NCBI GenBank assembly: GCA_945957375.1
Contig: CAMFKX010000002.1
Coordinates: 3,323 to 67,322, forward strand
Length of the DNA: 64,000 nucleotides
From: an uncultured Roseiarcus sp.
GTDB taxonomy: Bacteria > Pseudomonadota > Alphaproteobacteria > Rhizobiales > Beijerinckiaceae
Direction: 5' to 3'
Under the pieces are notes generated by a model that was not told the origin of the DNA, made no database searches, and was given only the letters and a program-made list of their open reading frames with translations. Positions 21,108 through 30,620 of the stretch are shown here, piece after piece. The translations under genes were made by a program, and so were the position numbers. The stretch's first letter is position 1. Each line of letters starts with the position of its first letter.

Positions 21108-21583
21108 CGACGTTGACCCACGAGGACGTCGAGGAGATCGTCCGCATCCTCGACACGTCGCCCTACGCCGAGTTGACGTTGAAAACGGACACGTTCGAAC
21201 TGAGCCTGAGGCGCGGCGAGGGCGGCTGGACGCAGGAGCGCAAGACCCTTGCCCGCGCGCAGGTCGTCGGGGCGGCGGCGTCCGCCAAGGGAGAAGCCGA
21301 GACGCGGCCGGGCGCGGCCGAGCCCGAGGAGGACGGCGTCGTCGCCGTGCGCGCGCCGATGGTCGGGACCTTCTACCGCGCGCCGAAGCCGGGCGCGCCG
21401 CCCTTCGTCGAGGTCGGCGCTACCGTCGGCGAGCACGACGTCGTCGGCATCATCGAGACGATGAAGCTGATGAACTCGATCCCCGCCGGCGCCGCCGGCG
21501 TCGTGACCCAGATCTGCGTCGCCGACGGCGAACTCGTGCCGGCGGGCGCGACCCTGATGCGGCTGAGACAGGCCGCGCCATGA
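21104..21583 (+). CDS. Biotin carboxyl carrier protein (HpeC-like)
   Basis: Motifs APMVGTFYRAPKPGAPPFV and the biotinylation site ETMKLMN. ATG at 21104 overlaps the upstream stop. Confidence 0.92.
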   Translation: MTTLTHEDVEEIVRILDTSPYAELTLKTDTFELSLRRGEGGWTQERKTLARAQVVGAAASAKGEAETRPGAAEPEEDGVVAVRAPMVGTFYRAPKPGAPPFVEVGATVGEHDVVGIIETMKLMNSIPAGAAGVVTQICVADGELVPAGATLMRLRQAAP

Positions 21584-22938
21584 CCATCCGCCGCGTCCTG
21601 ATCGCCAATCGCGGCGAGATCGCCGCGCGCATCATCCGGACCTGTCGCGACCTCGGCATCGAGGCCGTGCTTGCAGCCTCCGACGCTGACCTCGACAGCG
21701 CCCCCGCCCGCCTCGCCGACCGGGTCGTGCGTATCGGCGGCCCGCGCTCGCTCGACAGCTACCTCAACGTCGATGCGGTCGTCAGCGCGGCGAGCGAGGC
21801 GAAGGCCGACGCGATTCATCCCGGCTACGGCTTCCTGAGCGAGAACGCCGCGCTCGCCCGCGCCGCGCGCGCGCGCGGCCTGATCTTCATCGGGCCGACC
21901 GAGGCCAATCTCGAAGCCGTCGGCGACAAGCTGCGCGCGCGCGAGCATGCGCTCGCGGCCGGCCTGCCGCTTGCGCCGGGCGGTTCGATCGCAACGTCCG
22001 AAGACGCCGCCGCGCTCGCCGATCGGATCGGCTGGCCAGTGCTGGTCAAGGCGGTCGGCGGCGGCGGCGGAAAGGGCCTCAAGCGCGTCGACGATCCGGC
22101 GAAACTCGCGGCGACCGTCGAACTCGCCACGGCCGAGGCGGGCGCCGCCTTCGGCGATGCGCGCGTCTATCTCGAATGCTTCGTCGCCTCCGGGCGTCAC
22201 GTCGAGGTGCAGGTCCTAGGCGACGGCGACGACGTCATCCACCTCGGCGACCGCGACTGCTCGGTGCAGCGACGCTATCAGAAGCTGGTCGAGGAGGCGC
22301 CTGCGCCCGACCTTCCCGATCGTCTGCGCGCAGACATGCGCGCAGCCGCCGTCCGCTTCGCGAGGCATCTGCGCTACGTCGGCGCGGGCACGGTGGAATT
22401 CCTCTACGATCGCGAGCGCGAGGCGTTCTACTTCCTCGAGATGAACGCGCGCATCCAGGTCGAGCATCCGGTGACCGAAGCCGTCACCGGCGTCGACCTG
22501 GTCGCCGAGCAGATCGCCATCGCCGAGGGGCGCAAGCTTCGCCTCGCGCAGGCCGACGTGCGCATCGCCGGGCATGCGATCGAGTGTCGGCTCAACGCCG
22601 AGGACTGGTTGCGCGACTTCGCCCCGTCGCCGGGCGCGGTCGCCTTCGCCCGCTTCCCCGCGGAGCCGGGCGTGCGGGTCGATACCCACATCGAACCGGG
22701 CGCGAGCGTGCCGCCCTTCTACGATTCCCTGCTCGCCAAGATCATCGTGCATGGCGAGACCCGCGCCGACGCGCTCGATCGCTGCCGCCGCGCCATGGCC
22801 CTCTGCGCCGTCACAGGCGTCGCGACCAACCGCGACATGCACCTCGCTCTGCTCGCCGATCCGGTATTCGCGGAGGGCGGAGTCGACACGGCGTTCTTCG
22901 CCCGGTTCCTCGGCGCGCGCGCGGGAGGCGCCGCATGA
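21580..22938 (+). CDS. Biotin carboxylase subunit (HpeB-like)
   Basis: Motifs LIANRGEIA, HPGYGFLSEN, GGGGKG, RDCSVQRRYQK, FLEMNARIQVEHPVTE and YDSLLAK. Confidence 0.95.
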   Translation: MTIRRVLIANRGEIAARIIRTCRDLGIEAVLAASDADLDSAPARLADRVVRIGGPRSLDSYLNVDAVVSAASEAKADAIHPGYGFLSENAALARAARARGLIFIGPTEANLEAVGDKLRAREHALAAGLPLAPGGSIATSEDAAALADRIGWPVLVKAVGGGGGKGLKRVDDPAKLAATVELATAEAGAAFGDARVYLECFVASGRHVEVQVLGDGDDVIHLGDRDCSVQRRYQKLVEEAPAPDLPDRLRADMRAAAVRFARHLRYVGAGTVEFLYDREREAFYFLEMNARIQVEHPVTEAVTGVDLVAEQIAIAEGRKLRLAQADVRIAGHAIECRLNAEDWLRDFAPSPGAVAFARFPAEPGVRVDTHIEPGASVPPFYDSLLAKIIVHGETRADALDRCRRAMALCAVTGVATNRDMHLALLADPVFAEGGVDTAFFARFLGARAGGAA

Positions 22939-24407
22939 CCCGCGTCCGTCTTGTCGACGTCTCGATCCGCGACGGCAACCAGAGCACCTGGGGCGCGACC
23001 GGTCTCAACACCCCACAGTGCCTCCAGATCGCGCCGGTGATGAACCGGGTCGGCTTCCACGCCATCGACTTCACCGCCTCGACCCACATGGGCGTTGCGG
23101 TCAAGTATTACCAGGAAGACCCGTGGGAGCGAATCCGGTTGATGCGCAGGCTCGTTCCCGACGCGCCGCTGCAGTTCATCGGCACCGGCTTCCGCTTCAT
23201 CTCGTGGGAGACGCTGGCGCCCGACGTGATGCGGCTCGTCTACCGCTGCCTCGTGCGCAACGGCATGTCGCGCTTCATCGTGCTCGATCCGATGCACGAC
23301 CTCGACGCGATGCTCGAGACGGCTAAGATCATCCGCGAGGAAGGCGGCGCGCACGTCGTCGGCGCCCTCACCTATACCCTGAGCGACGCCCACGACGACG
23401 CCTTCTACGCCGACCTTTCGGCGAAGCTCGCCGCCTCGCCCGACTTCACCCGCATCTACATCAAGGATCCGGCCGGGCTGCTCACCGCCGACCGCGCGAA
23501 GACGCTGATCCCGGCGATCCAGGCGGCGAAGGGGCGGCTGCCGCTGGAACTGCATTCGCACTGCACGATCGGCCTTGCGCCCTACGTCTACACGGTCGCG
23601 GCCGATCTCGGCATTGACGTGCTACATGTCGGGGTTGGGCCGCTCGGCGGCGGCACCTCGTTGCCCGGGGCGCTGCAGACCGTCGAGAACCTGCGCGAAC
23701 TCGGGCACGAGGTCGATGTCGACGACGACGCCCTCACGCGCATGAACGACTACCTCTGCGCGCTCGCCCGCGCCGAGGGGCTGCCGTTCGGCGGCCCGCG
23801 CGACTTCGACGCGCGTTTCTTTCATCATCAGGTCGCCGGCGGGGTGATGACCACGACCAAGCGGCAGCTCGAGGAGGTCAAGCTCGGCCACCTGATGCCC
23901 AGGGTGATGGAGGAGGTCGACCGGGTGCGCGCCGAACTCGGCTATCCGATCATGGTGACGCCCTTCCCGCAGATCGTCTGCACCCAGGCGATGTTCAACG
24001 TGACGTCGGGCGAGCGCTACGCCCAGACGCCCGATCAGGTGATCCGCTACGTGCTCGGCCGCTTCGGTCGTCCGGCGAGGCCGGTCGACCCGGAGGTGAT
24101 GGACCGCATCCTGTCGCGCCCGCGCGCCAGGGAGATCGCGGCCGAGCCGCCGCCGCCGCCGCTCGCCGAGTTGCGCAGGCGCTTCTCGCCAAACCTCTCG
24201 GACGAGGAGTTCCTGCTGCGCGCGACGCTTCCCGGCGATCAGGTCGACGCGATGGTCGCGGCCGGCCCTGCGCGGCGGCGCTACAATCCGGACGCGGCGC
24301 CGATCCTGAAGCTGCTGCGCGCCTGCGCCGCCCGGCCGGACGCGCCGGAAATTGCGGTCGACAAGCCGGGGTTCCGGCTGGAGTTGTCGCGCGCGGCGCC
24401 TTTGTAG
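22935..24407 (+). CDS. Carboxyltransferase subunit, OadA/PycB (HMGL-like) family (HpeA-like)
   Basis: Motifs DVSIRDGNQS, EDPWERIR, IYIKDPAG, LHSHCT and GYPIMVTPFPQIV. No fused biotinyl domain. Confidence 0.88.
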   Translation: MTRVRLVDVSIRDGNQSTWGATGLNTPQCLQIAPVMNRVGFHAIDFTASTHMGVAVKYYQEDPWERIRLMRRLVPDAPLQFIGTGFRFISWETLAPDVMRLVYRCLVRNGMSRFIVLDPMHDLDAMLETAKIIREEGGAHVVGALTYTLSDAHDDAFYADLSAKLAASPDFTRIYIKDPAGLLTADRAKTLIPAIQAAKGRLPLELHSHCTIGLAPYVYTVAADLGIDVLHVGVGPLGGGTSLPGALQTVENLRELGHEVDVDDDALTRMNDYLCALARAEGLPFGGPRDFDARFFHHQVAGGVMTTTKRQLEEVKLGHLMPRVMEEVDRVRAELGYPIMVTPFPQIVCTQAMFNVTSGERYAQTPDQVIRYVLGRFGRPARPVDPEVMDRILSRPRAREIAAEPPPPPLAELRRRFSPNLSDEEFLLRATLPGDQVDAMVAAGPARRRYNPDAAPILKLLRACAARPDAPEIAVDKPGFRLELSRAAPL

Positions 24408-24435
24408 GGCGCCGTCGCCGACGCCGCCCTACAAA
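24401..24435. repeat. REP-like hairpin with GTAG/CTAC ends, possible terminator
   Basis: TTTGTAGGGCG (24401-24411) pairs with CGCCCTACAAA (24425-24435) and contains the TAG stop of the carboxyltransferase gene. Confidence 0.6.
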
Positions 24436-24456
24436 GGGCGCCCGACGGATAGGCGT

Positions 24457-24471
24457 CTATCTTTCGATAGG
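24457..24471 (+). promoter_or_regulatory. Conserved activator box 2 (CTATC-N4-GATAG)
   Basis: CTATCTTTCGATAGG upstream of the ABC importer operon, with a -10-like CGTAAT at 24494. Confidence 0.7.
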
Positions 24472-24654
24472 TGAGGGGTTGCGGCGGCTGGGTCGTAATG
24501 GGATGGTCAGTCGCCAAGACAATGGTCAACATGCTGGCGACGGGCGCGGTTCAGGGCGCGCCCAGAAAGAATGAAGCGGGAGGAGACGGTCGCCCACAGG
24601 CGTAAGGCCTGAGGAACGGCTCCGCGGCCTCCCGAACATGACGGGAGGACATGC

Positions 24655-25971
24655 GTGGATACTTTCGAGACAGTTTTGCGCGCCGGGCGTTTGAACCGCC
24701 GCGATCTCATCAAGGCCGCGGGCGGCATGGCGTTCGCCGCGCCCTTCGGCCTCGCCGCCCCGGCGCGCGCCGCCGACGCGACGCTCAAGGTCGGCTTCGT
24801 CAGCCCGCGCACCGGGCCGCTCGCGAGCTTCGGCGAGAGCGATCCCTTCATTCTCCAGCAGGTGCGCGCTGCGCTCGCCAAGGGCGTCGAGGTCGGCGGC
24901 AAGACCTATGGGATCGAGATTCTCGACCGCGACACCCAGTCTGACCCGGTGCGCGCCGGCCAGCTCGCCAAGGAGTTGATCAACAAGGACAAGGTCGACT
25001 TCATGCTGTCGACCTCGACGCCCGAGACGGTCAATCCGGTCGCCGACGCCTGCGAGGCGGCCGGAGTGCCGTCGCTCTCGACGATCATGCCGTGGGAGGC
25101 GTTCTACTTCGGCCGCGGCGCCAAGCCCGGCGAGCCGTCGCCGTTCAAGTGGAGCTTCCTGTTCAGCTTCGGCGTCAACGACTTCCTCAAGTGCTACGTG
25201 TCGCAGTGGAACGGCCCGGTGCAGACCAACAAGAAGGTCGGCGCGCTGCTGCCCAACGACGCCGACGGCAATGCGATCCGCGCGCACCTGATGCCGGCGC
25301 TCGCCAAGGCCGGCTTCACCATCGTCGATCCGGGCGGCTATGAGGACGGCACCACCGACTTCTCGGCCCAGATCGCCAAGTTCAAGTCGGAAGGCGTCGA
25401 GATCCTCGTCACCTTCCCGATCCCGCCGGACTTCGCCACCTTCTGGCGCCAGGCCGCCCAGCAGGGCCTGACCAAGCAGCTCAAGATCGTCCAGGTCGCC
25501 AAGACCGGCCTGTTCCCCTCGACCATCGAGGCGCTGGGCTCGCTTGGCCCCAACATCGCCTCGGCCTGCTACTGGCACAAGGACTTCCCCTACAAGTCCT
25601 CCGTCACCGGCATGTCCTCGAAGGACATCGCCGACTCCTACGAGAAGGCGACGGGCAAGCAGTGGAGCCAGCAGCTCGGCGCGACCCAATCGCTGTTCGA
25701 CGCCGGAGTCGCGGCGCTGAAGGCCTCTGGAGCGCCGACCGACAAAGCCGCGCTCGCCAAGGCGATCAGCACCCTGAAGGCGGACACGACCGTCGGCGCG
25801 ATCGACTTCGCCAAGGGGCCGGTGCCCGGCGTCGTCAACACGCCGATCATCGGAACGCAGTGGATCAAGGCGAAGCCGGGCTCGAAGTTCAAGCTGGACT
25901 ACGTGATCACCGAGAACGCCAACGACCCGAACGTGCCGGTCGGGGCCAAGCTCATTCCGTACAACGGCTGA
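24655..25971 (+). CDS. ABC transporter substrate-binding protein, LivJ/HAAT type, Tat-exported
   Basis: Twin-arginine signal LNRRDLIK, then KVGFVSPRTGPLASFG and DRDTQSDP. Confidence 0.88.
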   Translation: MDTFETVLRAGRLNRRDLIKAAGGMAFAAPFGLAAPARAADATLKVGFVSPRTGPLASFGESDPFILQQVRAALAKGVEVGGKTYGIEILDRDTQSDPVRAGQLAKELINKDKVDFMLSTSTPETVNPVADACEAAGVPSLSTIMPWEAFYFGRGAKPGEPSPFKWSFLFSFGVNDFLKCYVSQWNGPVQTNKKVGALLPNDADGNAIRAHLMPALAKAGFTIVDPGGYEDGTTDFSAQIAKFKSEGVEILVTFPIPPDFATFWRQAAQQGLTKQLKIVQVAKTGLFPSTIEALGSLGPNIASACYWHKDFPYKSSVTGMSSKDIADSYEKATGKQWSQQLGATQSLFDAGVAALKASGAPTDKAALAKAISTLKADTTVGAIDFAKGPVPGVVNTPIIGTQWIKAKPGSKFKLDYVITENANDPNVPVGAKLIPYNG

Positions 25972-25985
25972 GCGGCGAACCTCGC

Positions 25986-26723
25986 ATGACCTCGGAAGCG
26001 GTCGCGATCCTGGAAGGCGCCGGACTTTCGAAGAGCTTCGGCGCCCTCACGGTGCTCGACAACGTCGACTTCACGCTCCGGTCCGACGAAGCCGTCGGCA
26101 TCGTCGGACCGAACGGGGCGGGCAAGACGACGCTGCTGACCGTGCTGTCGGGGGGCCTTCGCTCTACCGGCGGCGTCGTGCGCTTCCGCGGCGCGGACGT
26201 GACGGCCGTCGGCGCGGCTGAGCGCAGCCGCCTGGGGCTCGTCAAGACGCATCAGGTGCCGCGCCCCTTCAGCGGCATGACCGCGTTCGAAAACGTCTAC
26301 GTCGCGGCGACCGCGGCTGGCGGCCTGAATGGCCGCGGCGCGCACGCCGCCTGTGTCGAGGCGCTGGAGCTCTGCAACATGCTGCATGTCGCCAACCGCC
26401 GCGCCGAGACGCTCGGCCTCCTCGATCGCAAGCGCCTCGAACTCGCCCGGGCGCTTGCGACGAGTCCGTCGGTCGTCCTGCTCGACGAGATCGGCGGCGG
26501 GCTCACCGACGAGGAGACGGTGCAGCTTGTCGAGACGATCCGCGAGATGCGCCGGCGCGGCATGGCGATCGTGTGGATCGAGCACATCGTCCATGTGCTG
26601 CTGCAGGTGGTCGAGCGGCTTGTCTGCATGGTGTCCGGCCGGGTCATCGCCGACGGCGACCCGAAGGCGGTGATGGCCGATCCGGTGGTGGTCGAGGCCT
26701 ATCTCGGGAGCGGCGCCACGTGA
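25986..26723 (+). CDS. ABC transporter ATP-binding protein (LivG-like)
   Basis: Motifs GPNGAGKTT, LELARALA and LLDEIGGG. Confidence 0.9.
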   Translation: MTSEAVAILEGAGLSKSFGALTVLDNVDFTLRSDEAVGIVGPNGAGKTTLLTVLSGGLRSTGGVVRFRGADVTAVGAAERSRLGLVKTHQVPRPFSGMTAFENVYVAATAAGGLNGRGAHAACVEALELCNMLHVANRRAETLGLLDRKRLELARALATSPSVVLLDEIGGGLTDEETVQLVETIREMRRRGMAIVWIEHIVHVLLQVVERLVCMVSGRVIADGDPKAVMADPVVVEAYLGSGAT

Positions 26724-27448
26724 GCCTCCTCAGCATCGAAAGGCTCGACGTCCGCCACGGCCTGCTGCAGGCGGTGCGCGAGGTGTCGTTCGCGATCGAC
26801 CAAGGCGAGACGGTGGCGCTCGTCGGGGCCAACGGCGCCGGCAAGTCCACGCTCCTGCGCGCCATCGCCGGGGCGCATGCCCCGGCCTCCGGGCGCATCG
26901 TGTTCGACGGCGCGGACGTGACGTCGCTCCGCGCCTACAAGCGCGTCGCGCGCGGCATCGCCCTCGTGCCCGAGGGCCGGCGCCTGTTCGGCGAGATGAC
27001 GGTCGAGGAGAACCTTCAGGTCGCCGAGCGCGTCGGACGGCGGGGCTACTGGACGATGCAGACCGTGATGCAGCTGTTCCCGATGCTGCAGGCGCGACGC
27101 GACGCTCTCACCGGCAACCTCTCCGGCGGCGAACGGCAGGCGGTCGCGATCGGCCGGGCGCTGATGACCAACCCGCGCCTGATCCTGCTCGACGAGGTCT
27201 CGCTCGGCCTCGCCCCCGTCGTCATCGAGGGCCTCTACCGCTCGCTGCCGCAGCTCCTGCAGGGCGGCGCGACGCTGGTGCTGGTCGAGCAGGAGCTGTC
27301 GCGCGCGCTCTCGGTCGCGACCCGCGTCATGTGCATGCTTGAGGGCCGCATCGTGCTGGACACGCCGGCCGCGAGCGCGACCCGGGAGGCGATTGTCGAC
27401 GCCTATTTCGGCCTGCATCGCGGCGCCGAAGCCAAGGGGGCCGCATGA
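26720..27448 (+). CDS. ABC transporter ATP-binding protein (LivF-like)
   Basis: Motifs GANGAGKST, VPEGRRLF, LSGGERQ and LLDEVSLGLAP; GTG start overlaps the upstream stop. Confidence 0.9.
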   Translation: MSLLSIERLDVRHGLLQAVREVSFAIDQGETVALVGANGAGKSTLLRAIAGAHAPASGRIVFDGADVTSLRAYKRVARGIALVPEGRRLFGEMTVEENLQVAERVGRRGYWTMQTVMQLFPMLQARRDALTGNLSGGERQAVAIGRALMTNPRLILLDEVSLGLAPVVIEGLYRSLPQLLQGGATLVLVEQELSRALSVATRVMCMLEGRIVLDTPAASATREAIVDAYFGLHRGAEAKGAA

Positions 27449-28341
27449 GCCTCGTCAACCTGATCGCGCAGGGCGTCCTGCTCGGCGGCTACTACGCCCT
27501 GATCGCCTGCGGCCTGTCGCTGATGTTCGGCGTCATGCGCATCGTCAACCTCGCCCACGGCGATCTCGCGGTGCTGGCCGCCTTTCTCGTCCTGACGATT
27601 TCGACGACTTTCGACGTCTCGCCGTTCCTCGCGCTCGTCGTCACGGTGCTGATCATGGCGGCCGTCGGGTGGGCGCTGCAGCGCTTCATCCTCGAGCGCA
27701 GCCTGCGCTCCGGCCTGCTCGTGCCGCTGCTCGCGACCTTCGGCCTGTCGATCGCGCTGGAGAACATGCTGTTCGAGGCCTTCGGCGCCGACACGCGCTC
27801 GCTCGGCGACCTGATCGGCGACCTGGTCTTCGACAGCGTCGAAGTAACGAGCGCCTTCAGTCTCAGTTATCTCGCCATGCTCATATTCGGTCTCGCCGTC
27901 GCCCTGCTCGGCGCGCTGTCGCTCTTCCTCAAGAGGACTTCGCTCGGCCGCGCGATCCGCGCCACCGCCGAGGACCCGGACACGGCGGAGCTGGTCGGGA
28001 TCAACGCCCGCGCCGTCTACGGCGTCGCCGCCGCGATCTCGGTCGCGACCGTCGCCGTCGCCGGCGCGATGCTGGCGATGCGCGCGACCTTCGATCCCTA
28101 TTCCGGGCCGATGCAGCTCATCTTCGCCTTCGAGGCGATCGTCATCGGCGGCATCGGCTCGCTGTGGGGGACGCTGGTCGGCGGCGTCGTGCTCGGCCTG
28201 GCGCAGTCGGTCGGCGCGACCTTGAACCCGAAGTGGTTCCTGCTCGCCGGGCATCTGACGTTCTTCGCCGTCCTCGCGGGCCGGCTCGCCCGCGACTGGG
28301 GCCGTGCGCGGGGCGGCCTGCGCGCAGCCCTCGGGTTCTGA
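27445..28341 (+). CDS. Branched-chain amino acid type ABC permease (LivH-like)
   Basis: Motifs GLSLMFGVMRIVNLAHG, GRAIRATAED and GGIGSLWG. Confidence 0.9.
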   Translation: MSLVNLIAQGVLLGGYYALIACGLSLMFGVMRIVNLAHGDLAVLAAFLVLTISTTFDVSPFLALVVTVLIMAAVGWALQRFILERSLRSGLLVPLLATFGLSIALENMLFEAFGADTRSLGDLIGDLVFDSVEVTSAFSLSYLAMLIFGLAVALLGALSLFLKRTSLGRAIRATAEDPDTAELVGINARAVYGVAAAISVATVAVAGAMLAMRATFDPYSGPMQLIFAFEAIVIGGIGSLWGTLVGGVVLGLAQSVGATLNPKWFLLAGHLTFFAVLAGRLARDWGRARGGLRAALGF

Positions 28342-28345
28342 TGCG

Positions 28346-29371
28346 ATGACCGTCCTGCCCAAATTCGCGGTCGAGCGCTGGACCCGGGCCTCCGCCGTCT
28401 CGGGCGGCGTCGCCGTCGCCGTCGTCGCCGCGCTCGCGGTCCTGCCGCTGATCGGCGGCGACAATCTGGTCGACAAGCTGACGACGCTGTTCGTCTACGT
28501 GATCCTGGCGGCGATGTGGAACGCGCTCGCAGGCTACGCCGGCCTCGTCTCGGTCGGACAGCAGGCGTTCTTCGGCGTCGGCGCCTATTTCGCCATTCGT
28601 TGCTCGGTCGCCGGCGTCCCGCCCTATCCAGCGCTGATCGCGGGAGCGTTGATCGCGACCGCCGTCGCGGTTCCGCTCTCGTACTTCATGCTCCTCCTGC
28701 GCGGCGGCGAGTTCTCGATCGGCATGTGGGTGCTGGCCGAGGCGATCCATCTGCTGGTCAATCTCGACCCGCTGATCCAGGGCGAGACCGGCACCTCGAT
28801 GATCGCCCTCAACGCCTATGCGCACGAGACGCGGCTCGCGGCCAACTACTGGCTCGCGCTCGCCGGCATGGTCGGCCTGCTCGGCGCGATTTTCGTCCTG
28901 CTGCGCAGCCCGTTCGGCGCCTCGGTGCAGGCGATCCGCGACGACGAAGAGGCGGCCGCCTCGATCGGCGTCAGCGTGCAGCGCGCCAAGCGCACCATGT
29001 TCGTGCTCGCCGCCTTCGGCTGCGCGCTCGCGGGCGTGCTGTGGCTTGCGACCTCCGTCACCTTCCAGCCCAAGACCAACTTCGGCGTGCAGTGGACGGC
29101 CTACATGATCCTGATGGCGCTTGTCGGAGGGCTCGGCACCTTCGAAGGGCCGATCCTCGGCGCGGTGCTGTTCTTCCTGGTCCAGGACCAGTTCGCCGAG
29201 ACCGGCGTCGCCTACATGGCGGGCTTGGGAACGGTCGCGATCCTGTTCGCCCTGTTCGCGCCGCGCGGAATCTGGGGCGAGATCGAGAAGCGCTGGAACC
29301 TGAGGCTGCTGCCGGTCGGCTATTTCCTGCGCCCGACCGGGCCGCCGAAGCCGGACCGCCGAAGCAAATGA
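28346..29371 (+). CDS. Branched-chain amino acid type ABC permease (LivM-like)
   Basis: Motifs WNALAGYAGLVSVGQ, AIRDDEEAA and GGLGTFEGPILG. Confidence 0.9.
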   Translation: MTVLPKFAVERWTRASAVSGGVAVAVVAALAVLPLIGGDNLVDKLTTLFVYVILAAMWNALAGYAGLVSVGQQAFFGVGAYFAIRCSVAGVPPYPALIAGALIATAVAVPLSYFMLLLRGGEFSIGMWVLAEAIHLLVNLDPLIQGETGTSMIALNAYAHETRLAANYWLALAGMVGLLGAIFVLLRSPFGASVQAIRDDEEAAASIGVSVQRAKRTMFVLAAFGCALAGVLWLATSVTFQPKTNFGVQWTAYMILMALVGGLGTFEGPILGAVLFFLVQDQFAETGVAYMAGLGTVAILFALFAPRGIWGEIEKRWNLRLLPVGYFLRPTGPPKPDRRSK

Positions 29372-29500
29372 CCGCCACCGCCAACCTGTCGCGAATCTTG
29401 GCCCCCTTCCACCACGCTTCGCCGCCCGTTGAGCGGCGGCCGGGGACATGGCGGGCGGCCTTTGGGAAACGCCAATGACCAAAATGCTGGAGGAACGCCC

Positions 29501-30604
29501 GTGAAGATCGAAGCCGCCGTGACCCGCGCGCCCGCCGCGCCGATGTCGCTCGAGACCCTCGACCTCGCCGAGCCGCGCGACGACGAGATCCTCGTCCGGC
29601 TGGTCGCGACCGGCGTCTGCCACACCGACATGGCGATGCGCGACCAGGCCTTCCCGGTGCCGCAGCCGATCGTCCTCGGCCACGAGGGCGCGGGCGTCGT
29701 GGTCAAGGCCGGGCGCTTCGTCGCCGAGGTGGCTCCCGGCGATCACGTCGTCATGTCTTACAATTCCTGCGGCCATTGCCCGAGCTGCCGGGACGATCAG
29801 GCGACCTATTGCCACGACTTCTTCGGCCGCAACTTCTCCGGCGTGCGGCCCGACGGCACGAGCGCGCTCTCGAAGGGCGACGAGCGCATCCATGGCAATT
29901 TCTTCGGCCAGTCGTCGTTCGCGACCTATGCCCTCTGCCATCCGCGCAATATCGTGAAGGTGCGCAAGGACGCGCCGCTCGAACTGCTCGGCCCGCTCGC
30001 CTGCGGCGTGCAGACCGGCGCCGGCGCGGTCGTCAACGCCCTCAAGGTCGGCGTCGGCGACTCGCTAGACGTTTTAGTCGCGGGCTCGGTGGGCCTCAGC
30101 GCCGTGATGGCGGCGAAGGTCGTCGGGGCGACGACTATCGTCGCGGTCGATCTCAACGCCAAGCGCCTCAACCTCGCGCTCGAACTTGGAGCGACTCACG
30201 TGGTCGACGGGGCCGATCCGGACGTGGTCGGCAAGGTGAAGGCCGCGACGGGAGGCGGCGCGAATTTTTCGTTCGAGACGACGGCCCTGCCGGCCGTCGT
30301 GCGCAAGGCGGTTGACTGCCTCGCGCCGCGCGGGACCTGCGGCATCGTCGGCGCCGCGCCGATCGGCACCGAGGCCAGCATCGACCTCATGGACCTGATG
30401 CCGAACGGCAAGACCTTGCGCGGCATCGTCGAAGGCGACGCGACGCCGCAGGTGTTCATCCCGAAGCTGATCGAACTCTACCTGCAGGGCCGGTTCCCGT
30501 TCGACAGGCTCGTAACCTTCTACCCGTTCGAGGCCATCAACGACGCCATTCACGATTCGGAGAGCGGCGCCGCCGTGAAGCCGATCCTGCGCATGCCCAA
30601 ATAA
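29501..30604 (+). CDS. Zn-dependent aryl-alcohol/benzyl-alcohol dehydrogenase family protein (Rossmann motif apparently altered)
   Basis: Motifs GVCHTD, GHEGAG, CGHCPSC, FFGQSSFA and GPLACGVQTGAGAV. GGAGG lies before the GTG at 29501. The NAD motif reads VLVAGSVG rather than VFGAGxVG. Confidence 0.88.
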   Translation: MKIEAAVTRAPAAPMSLETLDLAEPRDDEILVRLVATGVCHTDMAMRDQAFPVPQPIVLGHEGAGVVVKAGRFVAEVAPGDHVVMSYNSCGHCPSCRDDQATYCHDFFGRNFSGVRPDGTSALSKGDERIHGNFFGQSSFATYALCHPRNIVKVRKDAPLELLGPLACGVQTGAGAVVNALKVGVGDSLDVLVAGSVGLSAVMAAKVVGATTIVAVDLNAKRLNLALELGATHVVDGADPDVVGKVKAATGGGANFSFETTALPAVVRKAVDCLAPRGTCGIVGAAPIGTEASIDLMDLMPNGKTLRGIVEGDATPQVFIPKLIELYLQGRFPFDRLVTFYPFEAINDAIHDSESGAAVKPILRMPK

Positions 30605-30620
30605 CGGAAGGACCGAATTC

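Noticed and set aside
18213-24407. Interpretation as gluconeogenic PEP synthase plus pyruvate carboxylase
   Set aside because: The kinase is split, lacks the pyruvate-binding barrel and has the large phenylphosphate-synthase-type N-terminal domain. The context (CoA ligase, HAD, importer, shared operator) fits aryl-ketone catabolism better.
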